Assembly: GCA_964390775.1 (NCBI GenBank)
Contig: CAYMJT010000001.1
Location: forward strand, 21,199-85,198
Direction: 5' to 3'
Origin: an uncultured Bordetella sp.
Lineage (GTDB): Bacteria > Pseudomonadota > Gammaproteobacteria > Burkholderiales > Burkholderiaceae_C
DNA length: 64,000 nt
In this document: piece after piece, positions 10,870 through 19,248 of the stretch
How positions within the stretch are numbered: the first letter of the stretch is position 1
Layout: the number at the start of each line of letters is the position of its first letter
Notes under the pieces: generated by a model
The model's input: the letters and a program-made list of their open reading frames with translations, nothing else
The model's database searches: none
What the model was told of the DNA's origin: nothing
Position numbers and translations under genes: made by a program

Positions 10870-11844
10870 TCACAGCTGGGCCAACTCGGCGGCCAGTTCA
10901 TCTTTCCACCAGCGGGGCGATCCCAAGGTCGCATGCCCCACGGTTTGCGGGCTGGCCGGCACCCACACGGCACGCCCCTGGGTCACCCTTTGCATGGCCG
11001 CATCCATCAGGCCCAGTTCGGGCGGGTTGCGTTCGTCGTCGGCGTTGTTGATGGCAAGCACCCGGGCTGAGATCTGTTCCAGTCCGCTACTGGCGTCATA
11101 GTCGCGCGCCGCTTCGTATTGGTACAGCGCATCGTTGGCGTCAGCGATGGGGGCTTGGGCCATGCGCGCGTCGAGCCAGGCGTTGGCTTTGGCTTGGTCC
11201 GGCCCCGACTTGTACAAACCCCAAGTGCCGCCGCTGGTGGCGATGGCGTAATAGGTCAGGGCGAAGTGGGCCGAACGCAAGGGCGCAGTGTATTCGCCAT
11301 TGCACCACTCGGGGTCTTGGCGAATGGCGTCTATGACCATGCGCCGCATCATCCAGTTGCGCCCCGAGAGCGGGGTCGGCATGCAGGCCATGGGGACGGC
11401 CAAGTCCATGAATTCAGGATGCTGCTGAGCCCACAACCAGGTGTGCATGCCGCCCATCGAATAACCGATGATGGCACGCAGGTGCTGCACGCCCAGACCC
11501 TCGGTCAGTAGACGGTGCTGTGCATGCACCATGTCGCGGTAGTTGTAGCGCGGAAATCGGGCTTTTAAGCCGTCTGAGGGCTTGGCGCTGCGGCCACAGC
11601 CCAGGGCATCGGGAGCAATCACCCAGTAACGCGACAAGTCCAAGGCTTGCCCAGGCCCAAACAAAGTGTCTTGCCATTCGGGGGTGACCAAGACCGCCGC
11701 CGAACCATTGGTGCCATGCAAGAGCAGGATCGCTTGCCCCTGCGGTTTGCCCCAGGTGAGACAGTGCAACTGCACCTCGGGCAGCGACTCGCCACTTTGA
11801 AACTGAAATTTGGGCAAGGTGATGCGGTGTGACTCGGGTACCAT
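10870..11844 (-). CDS. Alpha/beta hydrolase, homoserine O-acetyltransferase-like
   Basis: LLHGT, SAKPSDGLKARFPRY, nucleophile GYSMGG, DDERNP, GH. Confidence 0.8.
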   Translation of the reverse strand: MVPESHRITLPKFQFQSGESLPEVQLHCLTWGKPQGQAILLLHGTNGSAAVLVTPEWQDTLFGPGQALDLSRYWVIAPDALGCGRSAKPSDGLKARFPRYNYRDMVHAQHRLLTEGLGVQHLRAIIGYSMGGMHTWLWAQQHPEFMDLAVPMACMPTPLSGRNWMMRRMVIDAIRQDPEWCNGEYTAPLRSAHFALTYYAIATSGGTWGLYKSGPDQAKANAWLDARMAQAPIADANDALYQYEAARDYDASSGLEQISARVLAINNADDERNPPELGLMDAAMQRVTQGRAVWVPASPQTVGHATLGSPRWWKDELAAELAQL

Positions 11845-11873
11845 ATTGCTTCTCTATGCCCCTAGATTTTGAC

Positions 11874-13061
11874 ATGAAGCCTTTGCATCCCCAGATCGCT
11901 CAATTGCAATCTTCCAAGATACGCGATGTCGCCAATGCGGGCCTGGGTCGTTCGGATGTGTTGGCGTTTTGGTTTGGCGAGTCGGATCAGGTCACGCCTG
12001 AAGTTGTGCGCCAGGCGGCCATCGAATCATTGCAGCAGGGTGAGACCTTTTACACCCACAACCTGGGTATGCCCGAGTTGCGAGAGGCGATCGCCGACTA
12101 CAGCCGTCAACTACACCCGCATCAGAAACGATTGCAGATGGATCGCATCGCCGTCACGTCGGGCGGTGTGAGTGCGCTGATGCTGGCCATGCAGGCGATT
12201 TTGGGCGCCGGTGACGAATGTCTGGTCGTGACCCCGATCTGGCCCAACCTGATCGCCCAGCCGCAAATTTTGGGGGCTGAAGTCAAAACCTTTGCGCTGC
12301 AGCCTATCGACGGCCTGTGGCAACTCGATGTGTACAAATTGTTGGCGCAAATCTCCTCGCGCACCCGCCTGCTGGTGCTCAACTCGCCCAACAACCCCAG
12401 CGGTTGGACCTTGACCCGTGACGAGCAGCAAGCGATTTTGAACCACTGCCGACAGACCGGCACGTGGATTTTGGCTGACGAGGTGTACGAGCGCCTGTTT
12501 TACGGCGACGCCCCTTGCGCCCCTTCGTTTTTGGACATCGCCCAGCCCGACGATGCGCTGATGGTTGCGCACAGTTTTTCCAAAAGTTTTCTCATGACCG
12601 GTTGGCGCCTGGGCTGGCTGGTGCTGCCACCCGCGCTGACCGATACCCTGGGCAAGCTGATCGAGTTCAACACCTCTTGTGCGCCGGTGTTCGCGCAGCG
12701 CGCGGCATTGGCCGCTTTGGAACACAGCGCACAGATCACCCCGCCGCTGGTGGCGCACCTGCGCACTTGCCGCGACACCCTGGTGCGCTTGCTCAACGAC
12801 ATTCCCGGCATGCAAGCTGCCGCCGCGCCAGCGGGTATGTACGTGTTTTTTAAACTGCCGGGCTTTGACGATGGGGTCGAGGTCGCCAAACGCCTGGTAC
12901 TCGAAGCCGGTTTGGGGCTGGCCCCAGGCGAGGCATTTGGTGACACATCAAAGGGTTGGCTCAGATGGTGCTTTGCGTCCAAGGATTTGGGGCGACTGGA
13001 GGAGGGTGTTCACAGGCTGTCCCAGTGGTATAGGGCTCACGGTCCCATCGAATTCAGATAG
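11874..13061 (+). CDS. PLP-dependent aminotransferase class I/II
   Basis: NSPNNPSG, ADEVY, SFSKSFLMTGWRLGW; start ATG 11874. Confidence 0.9.
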   Translation: MKPLHPQIAQLQSSKIRDVANAGLGRSDVLAFWFGESDQVTPEVVRQAAIESLQQGETFYTHNLGMPELREAIADYSRQLHPHQKRLQMDRIAVTSGGVSALMLAMQAILGAGDECLVVTPIWPNLIAQPQILGAEVKTFALQPIDGLWQLDVYKLLAQISSRTRLLVLNSPNNPSGWTLTRDEQQAILNHCRQTGTWILADEVYERLFYGDAPCAPSFLDIAQPDDALMVAHSFSKSFLMTGWRLGWLVLPPALTDTLGKLIEFNTSCAPVFAQRAALAALEHSAQITPPLVAHLRTCRDTLVRLLNDIPGMQAAAAPAGMYVFFKLPGFDDGVEVAKRLVLEAGLGLAPGEAFGDTSKGWLRWCFASKDLGRLEEGVHRLSQWYRAHGPIEFR

Positions 13062-13073
13062 CCCTTGTGAATC

Positions 13074-13466
13074 TCAAGCCAACTCTGAAATTTCAATCAG
13101 GTTCAAGTCCGGGTCGCGCACATAGACCGACCTGATTTTTTGCGTTGCGCCGGTGCGCATCACCGGGCCTTCGATGATCGGCCAGCCACACTGGTTCAGG
13201 CGCCCGATGACCTGGTCCAGCGGGCGGTCGGCGATGAAGCACAGATCCAGGGCGCCAGGGACAGGCAAGTGGGCTTTGGGGTCGTGTTCGCGGCCTTTGA
13301 TGTGCAAATTGATTTTTTGCTGACCAAATTTAAAGGCTTTGCGCTCGACCGCTGGGGTGCCCCCAATGAATGACTCCAGCGTCATGCCCATGACGCGGGT
13401 ATAGAAGTCTATGCAGGCGGCCTCGTCGGTGGTGGTCAGTACCAGATGGTCCAAGTGGTCGATCAT
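13074..13466 (-). CDS. VOC/glyoxalase family protein (GLOD5-like)
   Basis: IDHLDHLVLT, GQQKINLH, PGALDLCF, EGPVMRTGA, YVRDPDLNLIE. Confidence 0.9.
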   Translation of the reverse strand: MIDHLDHLVLTTTDEAACIDFYTRVMGMTLESFIGGTPAVERKAFKFGQQKINLHIKGREHDPKAHLPVPGALDLCFIADRPLDQVIGRLNQCGWPIIEGPVMRTGATQKIRSVYVRDPDLNLIEISELA

Positions 13467-13476
13467 GGGAACGGCC

Positions 13477-14361
13477 TTATAGGGTATGCAGGGGAATGTC
13501 GTGCTGTTGCGCCAGTCGATTGAGTTGGGCACGGGTTTGGCCGGCAAACCAGCGCTTGAGGTGTTGGTGCAAACGGGGTGCCATCATGCCCTGGGCTTGT
13601 ACGGCAGGTGGGACTTGCGCCACCTGACACAGCGATCGGGCAAAGTGAGGCTCTAATGCCGCCACCGCCACTCGCCCCCCCTTGCAGGCATAGACCTGAT
13701 AGCCCGCATGGGCACCCCCGACAGCGCCGTCTGGTGTGGTCAAGCCCCAAGTGCGAGGCAGCCCCAAATAGGCGGCAGCGCCATTCAAGGCCACCTCGTG
13801 ATGTGAGCCTAAACCTTGGCGTTGCTGGCGCAGCATCAGCGCTTGCAACACGGTCTCGGTGACCAGCAACGATCCGCCCATATCGGCAAACAAACTGGCA
13901 GGCAGGGCCAGGTCGTTCACCAGTCCGTTTTCGGCCATATAAGTGAGGTCGTGCCCAGGCTCTTCGGCCAGAGCCCCAGGGGCACCCACAATGGCGACTT
14001 GAATCAGGGTCGGGTAGGTTTTGTGCAAGGCGCGTGGGGCAAGGCCCAGTTTTTTCAGGGCCGAGGGTCGAAACGAGGTGATCAACACATCGGTTTGGGC
14101 CAGCAGGGCGTGGAGTTTTTTTTGTCCACTGTCTTGTTTGAGGTCGGCGCTGACCAATCGCACGCCCCGGTGCATCTGCTGATAGGCATTGGGTCGATAG
14201 CGTGCCATCGGATCGGCGCTGCCGCCGTCTGCGGCCAGCGGCTCAAATTTGGTGCACTGCGCGCCCATGACCCGCAGCCGCATCAGCGCCGCCGGGCCGG
14301 GTAAGTTCAGCGCCAGTGACAGGACGCGCAGGCCACGCAAGGGTTTGAGGTTGGAGGTCAT
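13477..14361 (-). CDS. CoA-transferase family III (CaiB/BaiF), short form
   Basis: PLRGLRVLSL..NLPGP, DLK, DVLITSFRP, GHDLTY, ADMGG. Confidence 0.85.
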   Translation of the reverse strand: MTSNLKPLRGLRVLSLALNLPGPAALMRLRVMGAQCTKFEPLAADGGSADPMARYRPNAYQQMHRGVRLVSADLKQDSGQKKLHALLAQTDVLITSFRPSALKKLGLAPRALHKTYPTLIQVAIVGAPGALAEEPGHDLTYMAENGLVNDLALPASLFADMGGSLLVTETVLQALMLRQQRQGLGSHHEVALNGAAAYLGLPRTWGLTTPDGAVGGAHAGYQVYACKGGRVAVAALEPHFARSLCQVAQVPPAVQAQGMMAPRLHQHLKRWFAGQTRAQLNRLAQQHDIPLHTL

Positions 14362-15428
14362 CGGGTTCGGATGGAGAGTCTTTGTTGCCAGTGTTGACTG
14401 TAACTGGAGAGGCTGAAACAGAAGATGAAATAAATCAGGGCGATGAAAATATAGGCTTCAATCTTGTAGGGACGCCAATCGGCATCGCCCGACAAAGCCA
14501 GCGACAAGGCTCCCGACAATTCATACAGGCTGACAATGGTGACCAAGGAGGTGTCTTTGAATAAGCCGATGAAATGGTTGACCAGTGCGGGCAGGCTGTG
14601 CATCAGCGCCTGGGGCAGCATGACTTCGCGATTCACTTGCCAGGGGCTCAGGCCCAGAGCAGTCGCAGCCAGCCTCTGTCCTTCGGCGACCCCTTGTAGT
14701 CCTCCGCGCACGACCTCGGCCAGATAGGCCGCCAAAAACAAGGTCAGCGCCCCCATGACGCGCAGCAACACGTCGGGCGATTGACCGCTGGGCAAGAGCA
14801 TGGGCACCATGAAACTGGCCATGAAGAGCACGCTGACCAGGGGCACGCCGCGCACCAATTCAATCAGGCCGGCACACACCATGCGCAACACTGGCCAATT
14901 CGAACGTCGCCCCAAGGCCAGGGCGATTGACAAGGGAAAGGCCAGGGCAATGCTGACGATGGCCAGCATCAGCGTCAGCGCCAAACCACCCCATTGTTCC
15001 GTCGCCACCGGGGGCAAACCCCAGGCTGACAGCGACCAGGGGCCGATGCGCCCGGCCATCAGTGCCCATGTGATGCCTGCTGCCAGAGCCCACCACAAGC
15101 CCAAGCGCCGGTTCCAGGCGCTGGGGCGGGCGCTGTGGGCCAGCAAGGCCACCATGACCAGGCTGGCGCCCAGGGGGCGCCAGTGTTGCTCAAAGGGGTA
15201 GCGGCCCCAAAGAATGAGGCGATATTTTTCGGCGATCACGCCCCAGCAGGCCCCCGCGCCACGGGCGGCATCGCAGGCCGCCAGATCGGCCCGCCAGACG
15301 GCTTGCCAAATGCCCCAATCCAGAACGAACCAGGCCACTGGGGCTAAACCAAAGATCAAGGCCAAGGTGATGGCCGCGCTGGTCTTGCTGGACCAGCATG
15401 CGCGCCAGAAGCTCAATTCAGTGCCCAT
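14358..15428 (-). CDS. aapM: General L-amino acid ABC transporter permease
   Basis: GACWGVI, WGGLALT, ELVRGVPL, AYLAEVVRGG, FKDTSL. Confidence 0.87.
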   Translation of the reverse strand: MGTELSFWRACWSSKTSAAITLALIFGLAPVAWFVLDWGIWQAVWRADLAACDAARGAGACWGVIAEKYRLILWGRYPFEQHWRPLGASLVMVALLAHSARPSAWNRRLGLWWALAAGITWALMAGRIGPWSLSAWGLPPVATEQWGGLALTLMLAIVSIALAFPLSIALALGRRSNWPVLRMVCAGLIELVRGVPLVSVLFMASFMVPMLLPSGQSPDVLLRVMGALTLFLAAYLAEVVRGGLQGVAEGQRLAATALGLSPWQVNREVMLPQALMHSLPALVNHFIGLFKDTSLVTIVSLYELSGALSLALSGDADWRPYKIEAYIFIALIYFIFCFSLSSYSQHWQQRLSIRTR

Positions 15429-16326
15429 ATCGGGTCACCCGCCGGTTGTAGCGATTCATCAGCCAGGCCGTCAGGAAGGAGAGGCTCAGGTAGATCAGCA
15501 TGATCAGCCCGATGCACTCTACCGCACGACCGGTCTGGTTCAGGCTGGTGTTGGCTATGCTGACCAAGTCGGGGTAACCAATGGCCACGGCCAAGGAAGA
15601 GTTCTTGGTCAGGTTCAGGTACTGGCTGGTCAACGGCGGCACCGAAACCCGCAAAGCTTGCGGCAACACCACCGAGCCCAGGGTTTGGGCCGGGTTTAAA
15701 CCCAGGCTGTAGGCGGCCCAACTTTGTCCGTGCGGTACGGCCTCGATGCCAGAGCGGAATACCTCGGCGATAAAGGCCGAGGTGTAGACACTGAGTCCCA
15801 AGCACAGGGCCAAAAACTCGGGACTGAGTCCGGCACCGTCCTCGCCCCACAACAGTCCAGCCTTGCTCCAGGCCAGCGGCCCAATCCACCAGGGCTCATT
15901 TGGGTCGGGCATGAGTTCGATCAGTGCCACATACCCCATCAACAATTGAATCAGCAGGGGGACATTGCGCAAGACCTCGATGTAGAGGCGGGACAGGGCA
16001 CTGGCCAATGGGTGGCGACTGATGCGCCCCACCGCGACCAGCAAACCCAACAAGGTCGCCAGCACCATGCCAGGCAGGGCCACCCGCAAGGTGTTGATCA
16101 AACCGGCCGCGAAGGCGTGCCAAAAGGGGTCTTCGGCGCGGTGATCGAGCCAACTCTCCGAGATATCAAAGCCCACGGGTTCGAGCAAAAAGTCCCAGCC
16201 GCTTTGAATGCCCCGCGCTTTCATATTGGCAAGGGTGTTGGCGACCAGCATTGCCAACACGCCCACCAGCAACAACACCAGGGCCACCTGGCTCAAAGTG
16301 GCCGCATGGCGGCGCAAGCCCTTCAT
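15418..16326 (-). CDS. aapQ: General L-amino acid ABC transporter permease
   Basis: GLINTLRV, RNVPLL, SPEFLAL, AFIAEVFRSGI, KNSSLAVAIGYPDL. Confidence 0.88.
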   Translation of the reverse strand: MKGLRRHAATLSQVALVLLLVGVLAMLVANTLANMKARGIQSGWDFLLEPVGFDISESWLDHRAEDPFWHAFAAGLINTLRVALPGMVLATLLGLLVAVGRISRHPLASALSRLYIEVLRNVPLLIQLLMGYVALIELMPDPNEPWWIGPLAWSKAGLLWGEDGAGLSPEFLALCLGLSVYTSAFIAEVFRSGIEAVPHGQSWAAYSLGLNPAQTLGSVVLPQALRVSVPPLTSQYLNLTKNSSLAVAIGYPDLVSIANTSLNQTGRAVECIGLIMLIYLSLSFLTAWLMNRYNRRVTRYGH

Positions 16327-16335
16327 GGGTCGAGT

Positions 16336-17355
16336 TCAGCGCAAGGGCAGGGCGTACATCAGGCCTCCTTGAGTCCACAAGGCGTTGGCACCACGTTTGA
16401 GGCCTACCGGGGTTTTTTCACCCACATGGCGCTCGAAGATCTCGCCATAGTTGCCTACAGCGGTCAGGGCCCGCAACAACCACTCTTTGTCCAGGCCCAA
16501 GGCCTTGCCCAGGTCTTCGCCTTTGCCCAGCAAACGCAACACAGCCGGATCGCTGCTGTCGGACAACATCTGGGTCAGGTTTTCGCTGCGCAAGCCCAGC
16601 TCTTCGGCCTCGATCAAGCCGTAGACGGTCCAGCGCACGATCGAGAGCCACTCGTCGTCACCCTTGCGCACCATCGGGCCCAGTGGCTCTTTCGAGATCA
16701 GTTCGGGCAAGATCACATGCTCTTTGGGGTTTTTGGCCTCGCGCGACCGGATCGAAGCCAGCCCCGAGGCATCGGTGGTGTAAGCCTGGCAACGGCCGGA
16801 GAAATAGGCGGCGTTGGCCCCATCGAGTTTTTCGAACACCACAGGCTTGATATTGAGCTTGTTTGCGCGCGAAAAGTCACTCAGGTTCTTTTCGGTCGTG
16901 GTGCCAGTTTGCGTGCAAACGGTCGCATTTTTCAGTTGCTTGGCCGATTTGATGCCCGATTTGACGGGCACCATAAAGCCCTGCCCATCGTAAAACATGA
17001 CGGCCGTCAGACTCAAGCCCAGCGCGGTGTCACGGCTCAAGGTGACGGTGGTGTTGCGCGACAAGATATCGACTTCGCCCGATTGCAAGGCAGTAAAGCG
17101 TTGTGGCGCCGACAAGGGGACATAGCGCACCTTGTCGGGGCTGCCCAAGACAGCAGCGGCAATGGCTTTGCAGACATCCACGTCCATGCCGCTCCACTTG
17201 CCCTGACTGTCGGCCGCGCTGAAACCCGCAATGCCGGTGTTGACACCACAGGTCAGTTGATCTTTTTGACGGATCTGGTCCAGGGTTTTGCCGGCCCAGA
17301 CGGGCATTTGGGTGGCCAACATCAGGGCCGCAATCAGGTATGTAGGCTTTTTCAT
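16336..17355 (-). CDS. aapJ: General L-amino acid ABC transporter substrate-binding protein
   Basis: Signal peptide; RFTALQSGEVDILSRNTT, FYDGQGF, ISKEPLGP, VGNYGEIFER. Confidence 0.92.
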   Translation of the reverse strand: MKKPTYLIAALMLATQMPVWAGKTLDQIRQKDQLTCGVNTGIAGFSAADSQGKWSGMDVDVCKAIAAAVLGSPDKVRYVPLSAPQRFTALQSGEVDILSRNTTVTLSRDTALGLSLTAVMFYDGQGFMVPVKSGIKSAKQLKNATVCTQTGTTTEKNLSDFSRANKLNIKPVVFEKLDGANAAYFSGRCQAYTTDASGLASIRSREAKNPKEHVILPELISKEPLGPMVRKGDDEWLSIVRWTVYGLIEAEELGLRSENLTQMLSDSSDPAVLRLLGKGEDLGKALGLDKEWLLRALTAVGNYGEIFERHVGEKTPVGLKRGANALWTQGGLMYALPLR

Positions 17356-17517
17356 GGGATCCTCTTGGATTCGAAGGCGAATGATGAAGCATTTTAGGTG
17401 GTCTGTCGCTCACGCCGCCAGTCTTGTCTCATAGGCAACAAATAGGGGTTTATCACAATCCATGGCATTGCGCAGTCCTGTTGCAATGGCTGGTCTGTCA
17501 CGCTTTTGGAGTAGTCC

Positions 17518-18585
17518 ATGACGCCTTCCCACCCCTACACTGGTTTTTGTTCATGTCACCCTCAGGCCTCGCGGCGAGGTTTTTTGCAGTCGCTGGCGGG
17601 CGTCGGTGCCCTGGGTCTGAGTGCATGCACGACTTTGGGCGCCTCGGCCAAGCCACACCGCATCGACGTACATCACCATCTGTCGCCGCCGGTTTGGGTC
17701 GAGGCCCTCAAGAAAGCCCGACAAGATTCGCCGCCCGTCAACAACTGGACGCCACAAAAATCGCTGGACGACATGGATCAGGCCGGCATTGCCACCTCGA
17801 TGACCTCGCCGACTTTGCCTGCAGTCGGATTTTTGCCAGCGGCCGAAGCCGCTGCCGTGGCCCGGGGTTCGAACGAGTACGCGCGCAAACTCGCTGACCA
17901 ATACCCAGGGCGATTTGGTGTCTTTGCCCTCTTGCCCATGCCGCATGTGGACGCTACCTTGCGTGAGATTGAATACGCTTTTGATGTGCTCAAAGTCGAC
18001 GGCGTGGCCTTTATGACCAGCTATGAAGACAAGTGGCTGGGCCACAAGTCTTTTGCTCCAGTGATGGACGAGCTCAACCGTCGCAAGGCCACGGCCTACA
18101 CCCACCCGAACAATCCGGCCTGCTGCACCAACCTCGACACCGGTGTGCCGGCCGTGATCATCGAATATGGCACCGACACCACCCGCACCATCTCCAGCCT
18201 GATTTATTCTGGCACAGCGCAGCGTTGTCCGAACATCAACTTCATCTTCTCGCATGCCGGCGGTACCATTTCGGCGCTGACCGAGCGCTTCAATACCCAA
18301 GCGGTCCGTCTGCCCGACTTGAAAGCCCGGGGTTTTGATTACGATGTGGTGATGAAATTACTGCGCGGTTTTTATTACGACACCGCTCAAGCGGCCAACC
18401 CCATTGCCATGGCATCGTTGACCAAGTTGGTCGATGTGAGCCAGATTGTGTTTGGTACCGACTACCCCTATCGCACCGGTCTGGAACATGTGCAAGGCCT
18501 GAGCAAAGTCTTTGGCGCGGCCGATTTGCGCGCCATTGACCGTGAAAATGCCCTGCGAATTTTGCCCGCTCGCTGGCGCACTTGA
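17518..18585 (+). CDS. Amidohydrolase_2 family protein (ACMSD/aromatic acid decarboxylase-like) with Tat-lipoprotein signal
   Basis: SRRGFL Tat motif, LSAC lipobox, DVHHH, HP, SHAGG, YYDTA, FGTDYPY. Confidence 0.85.
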   Translation: MTPSHPYTGFCSCHPQASRRGFLQSLAGVGALGLSACTTLGASAKPHRIDVHHHLSPPVWVEALKKARQDSPPVNNWTPQKSLDDMDQAGIATSMTSPTLPAVGFLPAAEAAAVARGSNEYARKLADQYPGRFGVFALLPMPHVDATLREIEYAFDVLKVDGVAFMTSYEDKWLGHKSFAPVMDELNRRKATAYTHPNNPACCTNLDTGVPAVIIEYGTDTTRTISSLIYSGTAQRCPNINFIFSHAGGTISALTERFNTQAVRLPDLKARGFDYDVVMKLLRGFYYDTAQAANPIAMASLTKLVDVSQIVFGTDYPYRTGLEHVQGLSKVFGAADLRAIDRENALRILPARWRT

Positions 18586-18609
18586 GCTAAAGTTGGGGCA
18601 GGAGTGACC

Positions 18610-19248
18610 ATGTACCTACCCCGACAATTCGATCACCGAGACCCCGCCGTCACCTGCCGCTTGCTGCGGGAGCATCCTTTGGCTTCGCTGATCAGCACCG
18701 ACGATCAAGGCTTTCCGTTTGTGACGCATTTGCCGATCAAGCTCGATCGCACCGATGCCGATGGTATGCCCAGCGTGTTGCTCGGTCATCTGGCCAAACC
18801 CAACCCGCAAGTGCTGCATCTGGCGCAGCGCCCTGAAGTGCTGTTGTCTTTTTTGGGACCGCACGCCTTCATGTCAACCCGCGTGTACCCCGATGAGCAG
18901 CGGGTGCCGACCTGGAACTACCTGGGGGTGCAGGTCAAAGTCAGGGCTCGATGGCTGGAAGGTGAAGAGGCCAAAGACGCCTTGCTCAAACAATTAATCG
19001 CCGACCACGATCCGCCTTATGCCAACCAGTGGCGCGGCTTGCCCGAAAAATACACCCACGGCATGTTGTCGGCGATCTCGGCCTACGAGTTCAGTGTGCT
19101 GGATGTGCAAACCAAGGTGAAGCTGAATCAACATCGCCCCGAGTCTCACACGGCCATGTGGCAGGCCTATGCCCAAGGCACGCCGCGCGAACAAGAAGTG
19201 GCGCGATGGATGCAAGATTTGGGCTTGGGGGCCCCAAGCCATGGATGA
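18610..19248 (+). CDS. FMN-binding PaiB-family protein
   Basis: MYLPRQF, THLP, GHLAKPNPQ, VPTWNY, KLNQ; AGGAG RBS. Confidence 0.88.
   Translation: MYLPRQFDHRDPAVTCRLLREHPLASLISTDDQGFPFVTHLPIKLDRTDADGMPSVLLGHLAKPNPQVLHLAQRPEVLLSFLGPHAFMSTRVYPDEQRVPTWNYLGVQVKVRARWLEGEEAKDALLKQLIADHDPPYANQWRGLPEKYTHGMLSAISAYEFSVLDVQTKVKLNQHRPESHTAMWQAYAQGTPREQEVARWMQDLGLGAPSHG

Noticed and set aside
15724..17397. 557-aa plus-strand ORF antisense to aapJ/aapQ
   Set aside because: Shadow ORF of GC-rich codon usage; no recognisable motifs, and the opposite strand has clear Aap genes
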